Below, one piece after another: positions 47,173 to 55,259 of a stretch of DNA of 64,000 nt. The stretch's first letter is position 1. Every line of letters starts with the position of its first letter. The DNA is from an uncultured Actinomycetota bacterium (GTDB lineage: Bacteria; Actinomycetota; Actinomycetes; Propionibacteriales; Nocardioidaceae), in the NCBI GenBank assembly GCA_963708885.1, contig CAVPUF010000003.1, positions 1,042,303-1,106,302 on the forward strand. The letters are read 5' to 3'. The translations under genes and the position numbers were made by a program. The notes under the pieces are model-generated. The model was not told the origin of the DNA. It ran no database searches and was given only the letters and a program-made list of their open reading frames with translations.

Positions 47173-48618
47173 ATGCCTGGTCACGGGTGGGTCACGATGC
47201 CCGGATCGCCTGTGGAACAAGGGGATTCGGCGTCCAGCACTGTCGGTGGTGGGTGCTTGGCTGGTTCCATGACGGTGACCAGCACGCCTCCACTGGTCGG
47301 GGTCGACGACCTCGACCCGGCGGGGTTGTTGGCGTGCGTGCACGAGGCCGAGGCGGCGGAGCGGGCGGCGGCGTTGCGCAAGCTGGAGCTCGCGGTGCAG
47401 TGGTGCGTGCTGCACCCGGCGACCGATGAGAGCGGGGCGGCCGTGTGGGGCGACGCCGGGCTTCCGGGGCTGAGCGAGGGCGACGAGACCCTCGGCGGTG
47501 CCGGCTGTCCGCTGGTGGCGTCGTTCGCCCCGGAGCCGTTCGCCGCCGCCCTCGGGGTCTCCACCCTCGCCGGGATGCAGCTGCTCGCCGACGCCTTGGA
47601 CCTGAGCCACCGCCTCCCGCGGACCTGGGCGAGAGTGCAGCGGCTCGAGGTGCCCGCCTGGAAGGCCCGCCGGGTCGCTCAGGCCACCCACCACCTCACT
47701 CCCGAGGCCGCGGCTCGCGTCGATGCCCACGTCGGTGACCGCGTCGGGTCCTGCGGCAGCGTGGTGCTCGACCGGCTGATCGCCCAGGCCGCCGCCGCCC
47801 ACGACCCCGAGGCCCAGGCCGACCGCGAACGGGCCGGCCGCGATGCCTGGGACGTGAGGTTGACCCATCGCACGGACGGCGGCTGGGCCGGCACCTCCCA
47901 CCTGGAGGCCACCGGCGACACCCGCGACCTGACCGGCCTCTACGGTCTGGTCTGCGACCATGCCGCCCAGCTCGCCGCCTTCGGCGACCCCGACTCGCTC
48001 GGCGCCCGCAAGGCCAAGGCCCTGGCCGCGATCGCGAACACCCAGACCGCCCTCGACCTCACCGGCGACCCGAGCGACCGAGCCGTCCAGGTCCGGCGCA
48101 CCCCCCGCACCATCACCCGGTGCTACCTGCACCTGAGGCTGACCGACCTCCTCGGGCTCGACGGTGCGCCGGCGTCGTCCGGGGTGGGTGAGGTGGAGCG
48201 GCTCGGGCCGGCCACGATCGCCAAGATCCGCGACTGGCTCGGCCCCTCGCCGGCCACCATCGTCCCGGTTCTGGATCTGGCCCGCGACGAGGCGGTCGAC
48301 CAGCACGACCCGCCCGCGTGGATGCGCGAGGTCGTGATCCTGCGCGACCGACACTGCATCTTCCCCTGGTGCGGCCGCGACGCCCGAGCCTGCGACCTCG
48401 ACCACATCGACCCCTACGTCCCGCTCGACCGGGGCGGACCACCCAGCCAGACCGCGCCTGCGAACCTCGCACCCCTGTGCCGACGACACCACCGCGCCAA
48501 GACCACCGGCCGTTGGCGCTATCGACGCCGACCCGACGGCACCTATCTCTGGCACGGCCCCTACGGAGCCACCTACCTCGTCACCTCCTACGGCACCCGA
48601 ACACTCCGCGACGCCTGA
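47173..48618 (+). CDS. DUF222 / HNH endonuclease (REP13E12-like) protein
   Basis: N-terminal DUF222-like region (LDPAGLLACVHEAEAAERAAALRKLELAVQW). C-terminal HNH: RDRHCIFPWCGRDARACDLDHIDPY...NLAPLCRRHHRAKT. ATG 47269 (MTVTSTPPLVGV) is the likelier start. Confidence 0.85.
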   Translation: MPGHGWVTMPGSPVEQGDSASSTVGGGCLAGSMTVTSTPPLVGVDDLDPAGLLACVHEAEAAERAAALRKLELAVQWCVLHPATDESGAAVWGDAGLPGLSEGDETLGGAGCPLVASFAPEPFAAALGVSTLAGMQLLADALDLSHRLPRTWARVQRLEVPAWKARRVAQATHHLTPEAAARVDAHVGDRVGSCGSVVLDRLIAQAAAAHDPEAQADRERAGRDAWDVRLTHRTDGGWAGTSHLEATGDTRDLTGLYGLVCDHAAQLAAFGDPDSLGARKAKALAAIANTQTALDLTGDPSDRAVQVRRTPRTITRCYLHLRLTDLLGLDGAPASSGVGEVERLGPATIAKIRDWLGPSPATIVPVLDLARDEAVDQHDPPAWMREVVILRDRHCIFPWCGRDARACDLDHIDPYVPLDRGGPPSQTAPANLAPLCRRHHRAKTTGRWRYRRRPDGTYLWHGPYGATYLVTSYGTRTLRDA

Positions 48619-48750
48619 CCTCGCCGCCGGCACGCCCTGCTGCGCGCCGCCCCGCCGAACGAAGGGGCCGTTCGCGTGCAGATGAGTGACCGAGATCTGG
48701 AACGGATCCCGAGACGGCAGCGACATACTGAGGCCGTCGAAGGGTCCGCC

Positions 48751-49215
48751 GTGCCGAACCGTGTACCGCCACGTTGGTCAGCCGCCGCCGTCCTGGTCGG
48801 GGTGGCGATGTCAGCGGCTGCCTGTTCGGATTGGGGACCTACGCATTCGCACGTGGCGTCAGCCGTCGTCGACCACTTCAGGGGCGCTCCTCAGGGCGTC
48901 TTGCTGGCCGGGTGCGATCTCGCGGTTCAGGCGCAGCAGCCGTGCGTCGCTTGGGCGGATGCCCACTCGATCTACGTCATCACGTGGGGGAGCGGCTCGT
49001 GCCCGATGATCCCCACGTCCGTGCGTGCTGCGGGCTCTCGGGATGTCGTGATCCGTACCGTCGAGCACGACTTCGTCGGGAGCGATACCGCGTGCAGCGA
49101 CGATCTGGCGACGACCACCTCGGTCGTGCGGCTGCCAGCCACGGTTGACGGTTCGAAGACCCTCGTCGTGCACGTCGACGCCGGCTCGATGCACTTGGAC
49201 CCCTTCCCGACGTGA
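48751..49215 (+). CDS. lipoprotein (hypothetical)
   Basis: GTG 48751: VPNRVPPRWSAAAVLVGVAMSAAACSD has a lipobox-like AAAC. Cys-containing mature domain. Confidence 0.55.
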   Translation: MPNRVPPRWSAAAVLVGVAMSAAACSDWGPTHSHVASAVVDHFRGAPQGVLLAGCDLAVQAQQPCVAWADAHSIYVITWGSGSCPMIPTSVRAAGSRDVVIRTVEHDFVGSDTACSDDLATTTSVVRLPATVDGSKTLVVHVDAGSMHLDPFPT

Positions 49216-49232
49216 GACGAGGCGTCCGAGGC

Positions 49233-49788
49233 TCAGGCGAGGTCGGTGCTCGGATCGATCTGCCAATGGTTCGTGCGGAGCTCGCGGCCTGCGGAAAATC
49301 ACCTGGCGCTCGCCGACGAGGGTGAACCCGACGGAGCGGCACAACGCGTTGGACGCGGCGTTGGCGACGCCCGGGAAGGCGTGCACCACTGCCCAGCGCC
49401 CGTCGTCGCGGGCCCGCTCGAGCACGGCGCGCACCGCCCGCCTGGCGTAGCCCTCACCCTGGAACTCCGGCAGCACCATCCAGCCGATCTCCGAGAGCAC
49501 CTCGCCCTCGTCCTCGTGCGACCACAGTGCGACGCTGCCGGCAACGACCTCGGGCGCAGCCGCATCGGGAACGATCATGGAGACCCAGTACTCGTCGGCC
49601 CGGGTCTTGCGGACATCCGTCTCGACCTTGGCCTCGATACCGTGACGGGGGAGAGGGCCGCCGAGCTCGGCCATCATCGCAGGATCGCAACGCATCCGGA
49701 CGTACGCGTCGAGGTCGCCCGGCTCGACATCTCGCAGCAGCACGCTCGACCTCCATCGCGACGTATCGCTCGTCGGTCCAGTGTGCAT
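49233..49788 (-). pseudogene. GNAT family N-acetyltransferase; one extra base near 49290-49293
   Basis: VLLRDVEPGDLDAYVRMRCDP...GWMVLPEFQGEGYARRAVRAVLERA...GFTLVGERQVIF, then after a +1 shift AGRELRTNHWQIDPSTDLA* (stop TGA = complement of 49233-49235). The unshifted frame runs on as Arg-rich junk. Confidence 0.6.
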
Positions 49789-49922
49789 TCCGCGTTCAGT
49801 CGATGAGTGAGCACCCAGGCGTCTCCGTGCCTGCCGAGCATCGGGTACTCGTCGGGCTACCACCGATCGGACCGGCACCTGCCGAGAGTCTGACGGTCCC
49901 CGTGCAGATCTGCCCCAGGTTC

Positions 49923-50267
49923 CTAGGAGTCTCCCGAGTTGAAGAACGAGGAGAAGCTTCCTGCGACCGCGGTGACGACGAAGATGGCCCACACCTCGAG
50001 GCCGACATCCACGATCTTGCCGGCCGCCGTCACCGGGTTCGGCATCGACGACGACACCGTCAGGAGCTGGACGGCGGTGAAGAACGCGGCGTCGCCGAGG
50101 CTGTGGATGTAGCTGCCCTTCTCGTTGTTCTCCGTCAGCCACACCAGCAGCGTGCCGACCACGAACACGACGACCGACAGCCCGCCGGCCAGGATCATCC
50201 GCGCGAGCAGTCGACGGTGCCGCTCCTCGTACGTGAACAGTCTCGCGATCTCTTCTCGGATCACCCA
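49923..50267 (-). CDS. ion-channel-like two-TM membrane protein without a GYG filter
   Basis: 114 codons from GTG 50267: TM1 LLARMILAGGLSVVVFVVGTLLVWL, pore-helix-like DAAFFTAVQLLTVSSSMPNP, TM2 VGLEVWAIFVVTAVAGSF. Confidence 0.55.
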   Translation of the reverse strand, partial: WVIREEIARLFTYEERHRRLLARMILAGGLSVVVFVVGTLLVWLTENNEKGSYIHSLGDAAFFTAVQLLTVSSSMPNPVTAAGKIVDVGLEVWAIFVVTAVAGSFSSFFNSGDS

Positions 50268-50352
50268 CGGCTCCCTTCCACGACGCCTCCGTACCCCGCG
50301 GCGGGCACCCGCACGCTGCCGAGCCGGTCGGCGTCCGCACGGGCCGGACGGA

Positions 50353-50709
50353 TCACCCGAGGCACAGACAGAAGGGGTGTCCGGCAGGGTCGAGGAACAC
50401 CCGGAACGACGTGCCGGGCTGATGCTCGTGCTTGGTCGCGCCGAGGCCGAGCACCGCTGCCTCGCCCGCGTCCAGGTCGTCGACGACGACATCGACGTGC
50501 ATCTGCTGCGGAACCTCCTGCTTCGGCCAGTCCGGCGCCGTGTAGCCCTCCACCTGCTGGAAGCAGATGCAGTCGCCGTAGTCCGCGCGGACCTCGGCCC
50601 AACCGCTGGAGACGTCGACCTTCCAGTCCAGCATCGCGCCGTAGAACGTCGCGAGAGCGCCCGGATCCGGGCAGTCGATGACGAAGCTGGGGAACCGTGC
50701 GATGGCCAT
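50353..50709 (-). CDS. VOC (glyoxalase/bleomycin-resistance fold) family protein
   Basis: MAIARFPSFVIDCPDPGALATFYGAMLDW...QQMHVDVVVDDLDAGEAAVLGLGA...VFLDPAGHPFCL. Confidence 0.8.
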   Translation of the reverse strand: MAIARFPSFVIDCPDPGALATFYGAMLDWKVDVSSGWAEVRADYGDCICFQQVEGYTAPDWPKQEVPQQMHVDVVVDDLDAGEAAVLGLGATKHEHQPGTSFRVFLDPAGHPFCLCLG

Positions 50710-50834
50710 GTCGGGCACCGTACACACGAGTGCGGACGATCGACGTCCGGGTGCGTCCCGACGGCTCCGCCGCGTCGTGCTGGCGCGGTCCACCGCTGTT
50801 CCACGCTGGCTCTGCCCGATCCCGGCTTAGGCTG

Positions 50835-51740
50835 GTGGTCGTGCACACGGGAGGTCCGGCGCCGGAGACGGTGAGCGTTGCCGCCTGGGCGGAGGACGCG
50901 CTGGTGCAGCTGGCCGACCTTCCGGGCGTGCGTCGCGCGGGGTTGGCGCTGGCCGAAGGCGGTGGCCGCAGGCTGCGGTTCACCGCGAGCGACCGCGACC
51001 GCAGCTCGCAGCTGGACTGGTGCGACGTCGACGCCTACGACGACGTGCCGCTCAATGTCGCGGTGCGCACCGGGCGGCTGGTGGTCGGTCCTCTCCACGA
51101 GCTGGCCGCGAGGTTCGCGGAGTTCGTGGAGCGCCAGGAGGGGACGACGACGGTCGCCATCGCGGCGGTCCCGATCGTCGCGCCGGACCGTACCCTCGGT
51201 GCCTTCCTCCTCTTCTTCGACCGCCCGCAGCCCTTCGACTCCTGGCGGCGGCTGGAGCTGGAGCGCGTGGGACGCGAGCTCGGTGACGGGTTGCGACGGG
51301 CCCAGCGCGGCGAGGAGCGGCGCCCCGACCTGGCTCCGTCGGACGACCCGGTGCCCCCCGGAGCGCTCGTCGCCGTCCACGACGTCCGGGCGGATCCGGC
51401 GGCGGTGGGGGAGGCGCGCAGGTTCCTCCGGCACACGCTGGGCGAGTGGGGCGTCGACGAGGACACGGCCGACACGGCGGTGCTGTGCCTGTCCGAGCTG
51501 GTCACCAATGCCGTGATCCACTCGCACGCCGGCTGCCGCGTGCGCGTGCTGCTCGGCGACGGCGTCCTGACGACTGCCGTTCGCGACTTCGGCACCTCCG
51601 ACGCGGCCGCCGTGGAGCCGCTCGACGACCCGTTGCAGGTCCACGGCCGAGGGTTGCAGCTCGTGGACGCGCTCGCCGCCCGCTGGGACTACGAGCTCGA
51701 CCCGGCCGGCACCACGGTGTGGTTCAGCCTCGACCTCTGA
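50835..51740 (+). CDS. GAF-like domain fused to an RsbW/SpoIIAB-type ATP-binding (anti-sigma kinase-like) domain
   Basis: C-terminal VGEARRFLRHTLGEWGVDEDTADTAVLCLSELVTNAVIHS...VRDFG...GRGLQLVDALAARWDYE. The N-terminal roughly 170 aa is GAF-like. GTG 50835 or 50841 as start. Confidence 0.7.
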   Translation: MVVHTGGPAPETVSVAAWAEDALVQLADLPGVRRAGLALAEGGGRRLRFTASDRDRSSQLDWCDVDAYDDVPLNVAVRTGRLVVGPLHELAARFAEFVERQEGTTTVAIAAVPIVAPDRTLGAFLLFFDRPQPFDSWRRLELERVGRELGDGLRRAQRGEERRPDLAPSDDPVPPGALVAVHDVRADPAAVGEARRFLRHTLGEWGVDEDTADTAVLCLSELVTNAVIHSHAGCRVRVLLGDGVLTTAVRDFGTSDAAAVEPLDDPLQVHGRGLQLVDALAARWDYELDPAGTTVWFSLDL

Positions 51741-51750
51741 ACGACTCGAC

Positions 51751-52446
51751 GTGTGCGTCGACAGCGAGGTCCGCCCCGGCCCGATGCCATGCTGGGGCAT
51801 GATCTCCGCCCTCGCGCTGGCACTGGTGGCCGCGGTCGAGCCGCTCGGGATCATCGCGTTCATCGCGGTCCTCGGCTCCCGGGGTGGACGCCGGAACACG
51901 CGCGGGTTCGTCGTCGGTTGGGTCCTGTGCGCCTGCGTGGTCGCGCTCTTCACCGTGCTCGTGTCCGGGCGGAGTCACCCGGGCCACGTGTCCGGGGCGA
52001 TCGGTTCCGCCGGCCTGCTCCAGGTGGCGCTGGGCGCCGTCGCGTTGATCTGTCTCGTGCTGCGACGCCGGCGCGGCCGGGCGGCGGTGCCACGGCCGGA
52101 CGAGGGGTTGGCGAAGGGGGACAACCTCGGACCCGTCGGTGCCGCGCTGATCGCGGTGGCGGTCCAGGGGTGGCCGGTGGTGGCGGCCGCGGTCGCCGCG
52201 GTCCTCGAGTCCGTCGACGGCAGCGGCGGGCGCCTGCTCGGGGTGACGGCCGTGATCGCGGTGGCGTCCTCGACGTACGTCGCGGCCCACGTGCTGGCCG
52301 GCCGCGAGCCCGAACGCACCGACGCCTGGCTCGAGACCCTGCGCCTGTGGATCGAGGCGCACCGCGACCGGGTCATCGACGTCCTGCTGCTGGGAGGCGG
52401 CCTCTATCTGGTCGTGCACGGGTGGCTCGCCCAGCTCGCGGGCTGA
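51751..52446 (+). CDS. GAP-family (DUF2910-like) membrane protein
   Basis: Polytopic ORF. ATG 51799 (MISALALALVAAVEPLGIIAFIAVL) is the likely start. Confidence 0.6.
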   Translation: MCVDSEVRPGPMPCWGMISALALALVAAVEPLGIIAFIAVLGSRGGRRNTRGFVVGWVLCACVVALFTVLVSGRSHPGHVSGAIGSAGLLQVALGAVALICLVLRRRRGRAAVPRPDEGLAKGDNLGPVGAALIAVAVQGWPVVAAAVAAVLESVDGSGGRLLGVTAVIAVASSTYVAAHVLAGREPERTDAWLETLRLWIEAHRDRVIDVLLLGGGLYLVVHGWLAQLAG

Positions 52447-52526
52447 AGCACCTCCGTCGGTCGTGACCGCGGGACGGCGACGTCGTTGTGCCTGACGTCC
52501 GCCCCGCCCCTGACCGGAAGGCTCCC

Positions 52527-53396
52527 ATGCGCCGCCGCACCGCCTCCACCGTGCTCGCCGCCGCCACCCTCGCCGCAGCGTCGCCCCTCCTCGTCGGCAC
52601 GTCCGCCGTCCCATCGCAGGCGGCCGGCCCGCTCCGCTACGTCGCGCTGGGCGACTCCTACAGCGCGGCGTCGGGCGTCCTGCCGCCCGATCCGACGACC
52701 CCGCAGTGCCTGCGTTCGACCAGCAACTACGCCCACGTGATCGCCGGCAGGACCGGCGCACGGCTCACGGACGTCACGTGCGGCGGCGCACAGACCAAGG
52801 ACTACTTCAGCGCTCAGTTCCCGGGGGTGGCGCCGCAGCTGGACGCCGTGCACCGGGGCACCCAGCTGGTCACCATGACGATCGGTGGCAACGACGACAA
52901 CACGTTCATCGACTCGATCGCGGAGTGCGGAGCCGCGGGACTGTCGACGCTGGGGAAGGGGAGTCCCTGCAAGGACAGGTACGGCACCTCCTTCGCCCAC
53001 GACATCCGGCACCGGACCTACCCGGCGCTGGTCAGGGCGCTGAAGGCGGTCCGGGCCAGGGCACCGCACGCCCGGGTCGCGATCCTGGGCTACCCGTGGA
53101 TCCTGCCGAGGACCGTGGGCTGCTTCGACAAGATGCCGGTCGCCCGCGGTGACGTCCCCTATCTGCGCGGGGTCCAGGCGACGCTCAACGACGCGGTCCG
53201 CCGCGCCGCTGCCGCGACCGGCGCGACGTACGTCAACCTCAGCAGGGTCTCCGAGGGGCACGACGCCTGCCAGCCGATGGGCGTGCGCTGGGTGGAACCC
53301 GTGCTCCAGGGCACCAACCCGGTCGTCGTGCACCCGAACGCCCTCGGTGAGGCGCACCTGGCGAGGACGGCGATGCGGGTCCTCGGGCTCCGCTGA
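52527..53396 (+). CDS. secreted SGNH/GDSL hydrolase (lipase/esterase)
   Basis: Signal peptide MRRRTASTVLAAATLAAASPLLVG. Block I YVALGDSYSAASG, block III TIGGNDD, block V HPNALG. Confidence 0.85.
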   Translation: MRRRTASTVLAAATLAAASPLLVGTSAVPSQAAGPLRYVALGDSYSAASGVLPPDPTTPQCLRSTSNYAHVIAGRTGARLTDVTCGGAQTKDYFSAQFPGVAPQLDAVHRGTQLVTMTIGGNDDNTFIDSIAECGAAGLSTLGKGSPCKDRYGTSFAHDIRHRTYPALVRALKAVRARAPHARVAILGYPWILPRTVGCFDKMPVARGDVPYLRGVQATLNDAVRRAAAATGATYVNLSRVSEGHDACQPMGVRWVEPVLQGTNPVVVHPNALGEAHLARTAMRVLGLR

Positions 53397-53401
53397 CCCG
53401 G

Positions 53402-53920
53402 TCAGCCGGTCTCGCCGGTCGCCCCGTCGATCAGCTCGCGGGCGATGTCGAGGTGTCCCGCGTGCCGTGCGTACTCCTGGACCAGGTGCAACAGGATCCA
53501 CTGCAGCTGCGGCGGCGGCTCCTCGCCGCCGAAGCGGCCGCCCGTGGCGGCGAGCTCGGTCAGCTCGTGGGCCTCGACGATGGCCCGGGACCGGGCACCC
53601 GTCTCGGTGAGCCGCCGGACCAGCTCGGCCACCCCGACCTCGGGGGACACCCAGCCACCGTCGGGGTCGTGGTCGCGCCACGGATCCTCGACCGGCTCCG
53701 CGAGGAACCCCCAACGCAGCCAGCGACGCTCCACCTGGGTCAGGTGCTCGACCAGGCCCGCCGGCGTCCAGCCCGACGGCACCACCGTTCCCCGGAGCCC
53801 GTCGTCCGGCAGGCCCTCGATCTTGGCGGCGATGACGGCCCGGAAGTAGTCCAGGTAGTCGAGCAGCAGGCCGCGCAGGTCGGGTGTGGAGGCGGGCTCG
53901 GGGAAGACCGGCGTCGTCAT
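53402..53920 (-). CDS. DinB-family (mycothiol-transferase-like) protein
   Basis: 172 codons from MTTPVFPEP...: LLDYLDYFRAVIAAKIEGL..., GLVEHLTQVERRW, HLVQEYARHAGHLDIARELIDG. Confidence 0.8.
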   Translation of the reverse strand: MTTPVFPEPASTPDLRGLLLDYLDYFRAVIAAKIEGLPDDGLRGTVVPSGWTPAGLVEHLTQVERRWLRWGFLAEPVEDPWRDHDPDGGWVSPEVGVAELVRRLTETGARSRAIVEAHELTELAATGGRFGGEEPPPQLQWILLHLVQEYARHAGHLDIARELIDGATGETG

Positions 53921-53924
53921 CGGG

Positions 53925-55259
53925 TCACCGGTGATCGTCGAGGACCCGCCGCGCCAGGTCGATGTGGAAGCGGGTGGACAGCAGCAGGTCGTCGACATGC
54001 ACGCGCTCGTCGGCGTTGTGGTAGCCGGCCTCCAGGACCTCGACCGGCGTCGCGCGGAAGGGGCTGAAGCCGTACGCGGCGGTCCCGGCGGCCGCGCGCA
54101 GGTAGTTGCTGTCGGTGAAACCCGTGCACAGGACGGGGAGCACCGTCGCGCGGTCACCCTCGTCCGCGAGGAACGCCGCGACCGCGTCCGGGATCGCGCC
54201 CTCGGTCGGCGACCCCGATGCCTCGACCATCTTCTCCGGCCAGTGCAGCTCGTAGGCGATGTCGTCGCCGAGCAGCGAGCGGACGCGGGCCTCGACATCG
54301 GCCGCCGTGGTGCCCGGCAGGATCCGGCAGTCCACCTCGGCCGTGGCGCGGGCCGGCATCACGTTCCGCTTGTTCGACGCCTCCAGCATGGTCGGGGCCA
54401 GGGTCGAGCCCATCAGGGCGGCGATCGAGCCCGCCAGGCTCGGGTGCAGCGTCGCCACCTCGGTGAGGGCGCGGTGGAGATCCGGCTCGTCCCGCCCGAG
54501 CAGCACCGCGAGCATCGCGCTCGTCACCGGGGTCACGGCGGGCTCGGGCATCCCGTCGCCCAGCCGGGGGATGAGCCGCGCGAGCAGCGGTACGGCGTTG
54601 TTCCCCAGGGTCGGGATCGACGCGTGCCCCGCCTCCCCGAGCGCGGTCACCCGCACGGGATACGTGCCCTTCTCGCCGACCGACAGGCACACCACCTCGC
54701 GACCGTCGGTGAGCGGCAGCCGGTCGCCCCCGCCCTCGTTGATGCTGTGGGACGGGCGGATGTCGGTGCGCTCCTGCAGGAGCCACCGCATGCCCACGTC
54801 GGCGAAGCCGTCCTCCTCGTCGGCGACGGCGAGCAGCCACAGGTCGCCCCGGGGCCGGAAGCCGGTGCGGGCCAGCTCGGCCATGGCCACGGCCCGCGCG
54901 GCCACCTCGTTCTTCATGTCGACGGCGCCGCGACCCCAGAGCCAGCCGTCGTCGTCGAGCACGGCCTCGAACGGCGGGTGCGTCCAGTCGCGTGGGTCGC
55001 AGGGCACCACGTCGGTGTGCCCCACGAACGCCAGCGACTCGGCCTCCGGCGACGTTCCCCGGATCCGGGCGACCAGGTTCGCCCGGTGCGGCTCGCGCGC
55101 CACCAGCTCGCACTCGACCCCGTGCCCCGACAGGTAGTCGTGGAGGTACTCCGCCGCCAGCGTCTCGTTGCCGAGCCCGGGTTCCCGGGCGTTCGTGGTG
55201 TCGAGCCGGATCAGGTCGCGCGCGACCCTGACCACCTCGTCGTGCAGTGACTCACCCAT
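53925..55259 (-). CDS. M20/M25/M40 family metallohydrolase
   Basis: VGHTDVVP, GRGAVDMK, ADEEDG, GEAGHAS motifs. ATG 55259 overlaps the ptrB stop region by 8 nt. Confidence 0.85.
   Translation of the reverse strand: MGESLHDEVVRVARDLIRLDTTNAREPGLGNETLAAEYLHDYLSGHGVECELVAREPHRANLVARIRGTSPEAESLAFVGHTDVVPCDPRDWTHPPFEAVLDDDGWLWGRGAVDMKNEVAARAVAMAELARTGFRPRGDLWLLAVADEEDGFADVGMRWLLQERTDIRPSHSINEGGGDRLPLTDGREVVCLSVGEKGTYPVRVTALGEAGHASIPTLGNNAVPLLARLIPRLGDGMPEPAVTPVTSAMLAVLLGRDEPDLHRALTEVATLHPSLAGSIAALMGSTLAPTMLEASNKRNVMPARATAEVDCRILPGTTAADVEARVRSLLGDDIAYELHWPEKMVEASGSPTEGAIPDAVAAFLADEGDRATVLPVLCTGFTDSNYLRAAAGTAAYGFSPFRATPVEVLEAGYHNADERVHVDDLLLSTRFHIDLARRVLDDHR

Noticed and set aside
47154-47268. Second SOS-like box upstream of the HNH gene (GGAACAAGGGGATTCGG) and a similar CGAACGAAGGGGCCGTTCG after it (48658-48676)
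   Set aside because: The spacing is 7-9 nt rather than 4. The downstream one is better explained as a terminator-like hairpin.
49789-51953. Long minus-strand ORFs 48859..50340 and 49923..51953 taken as single genes
   Set aside because: Each contains only a short genuine gene at its 3' end (the GNAT and the channel-like protein). The remainder is antisense to the VOC and GAF-kinase region or is junk-like.
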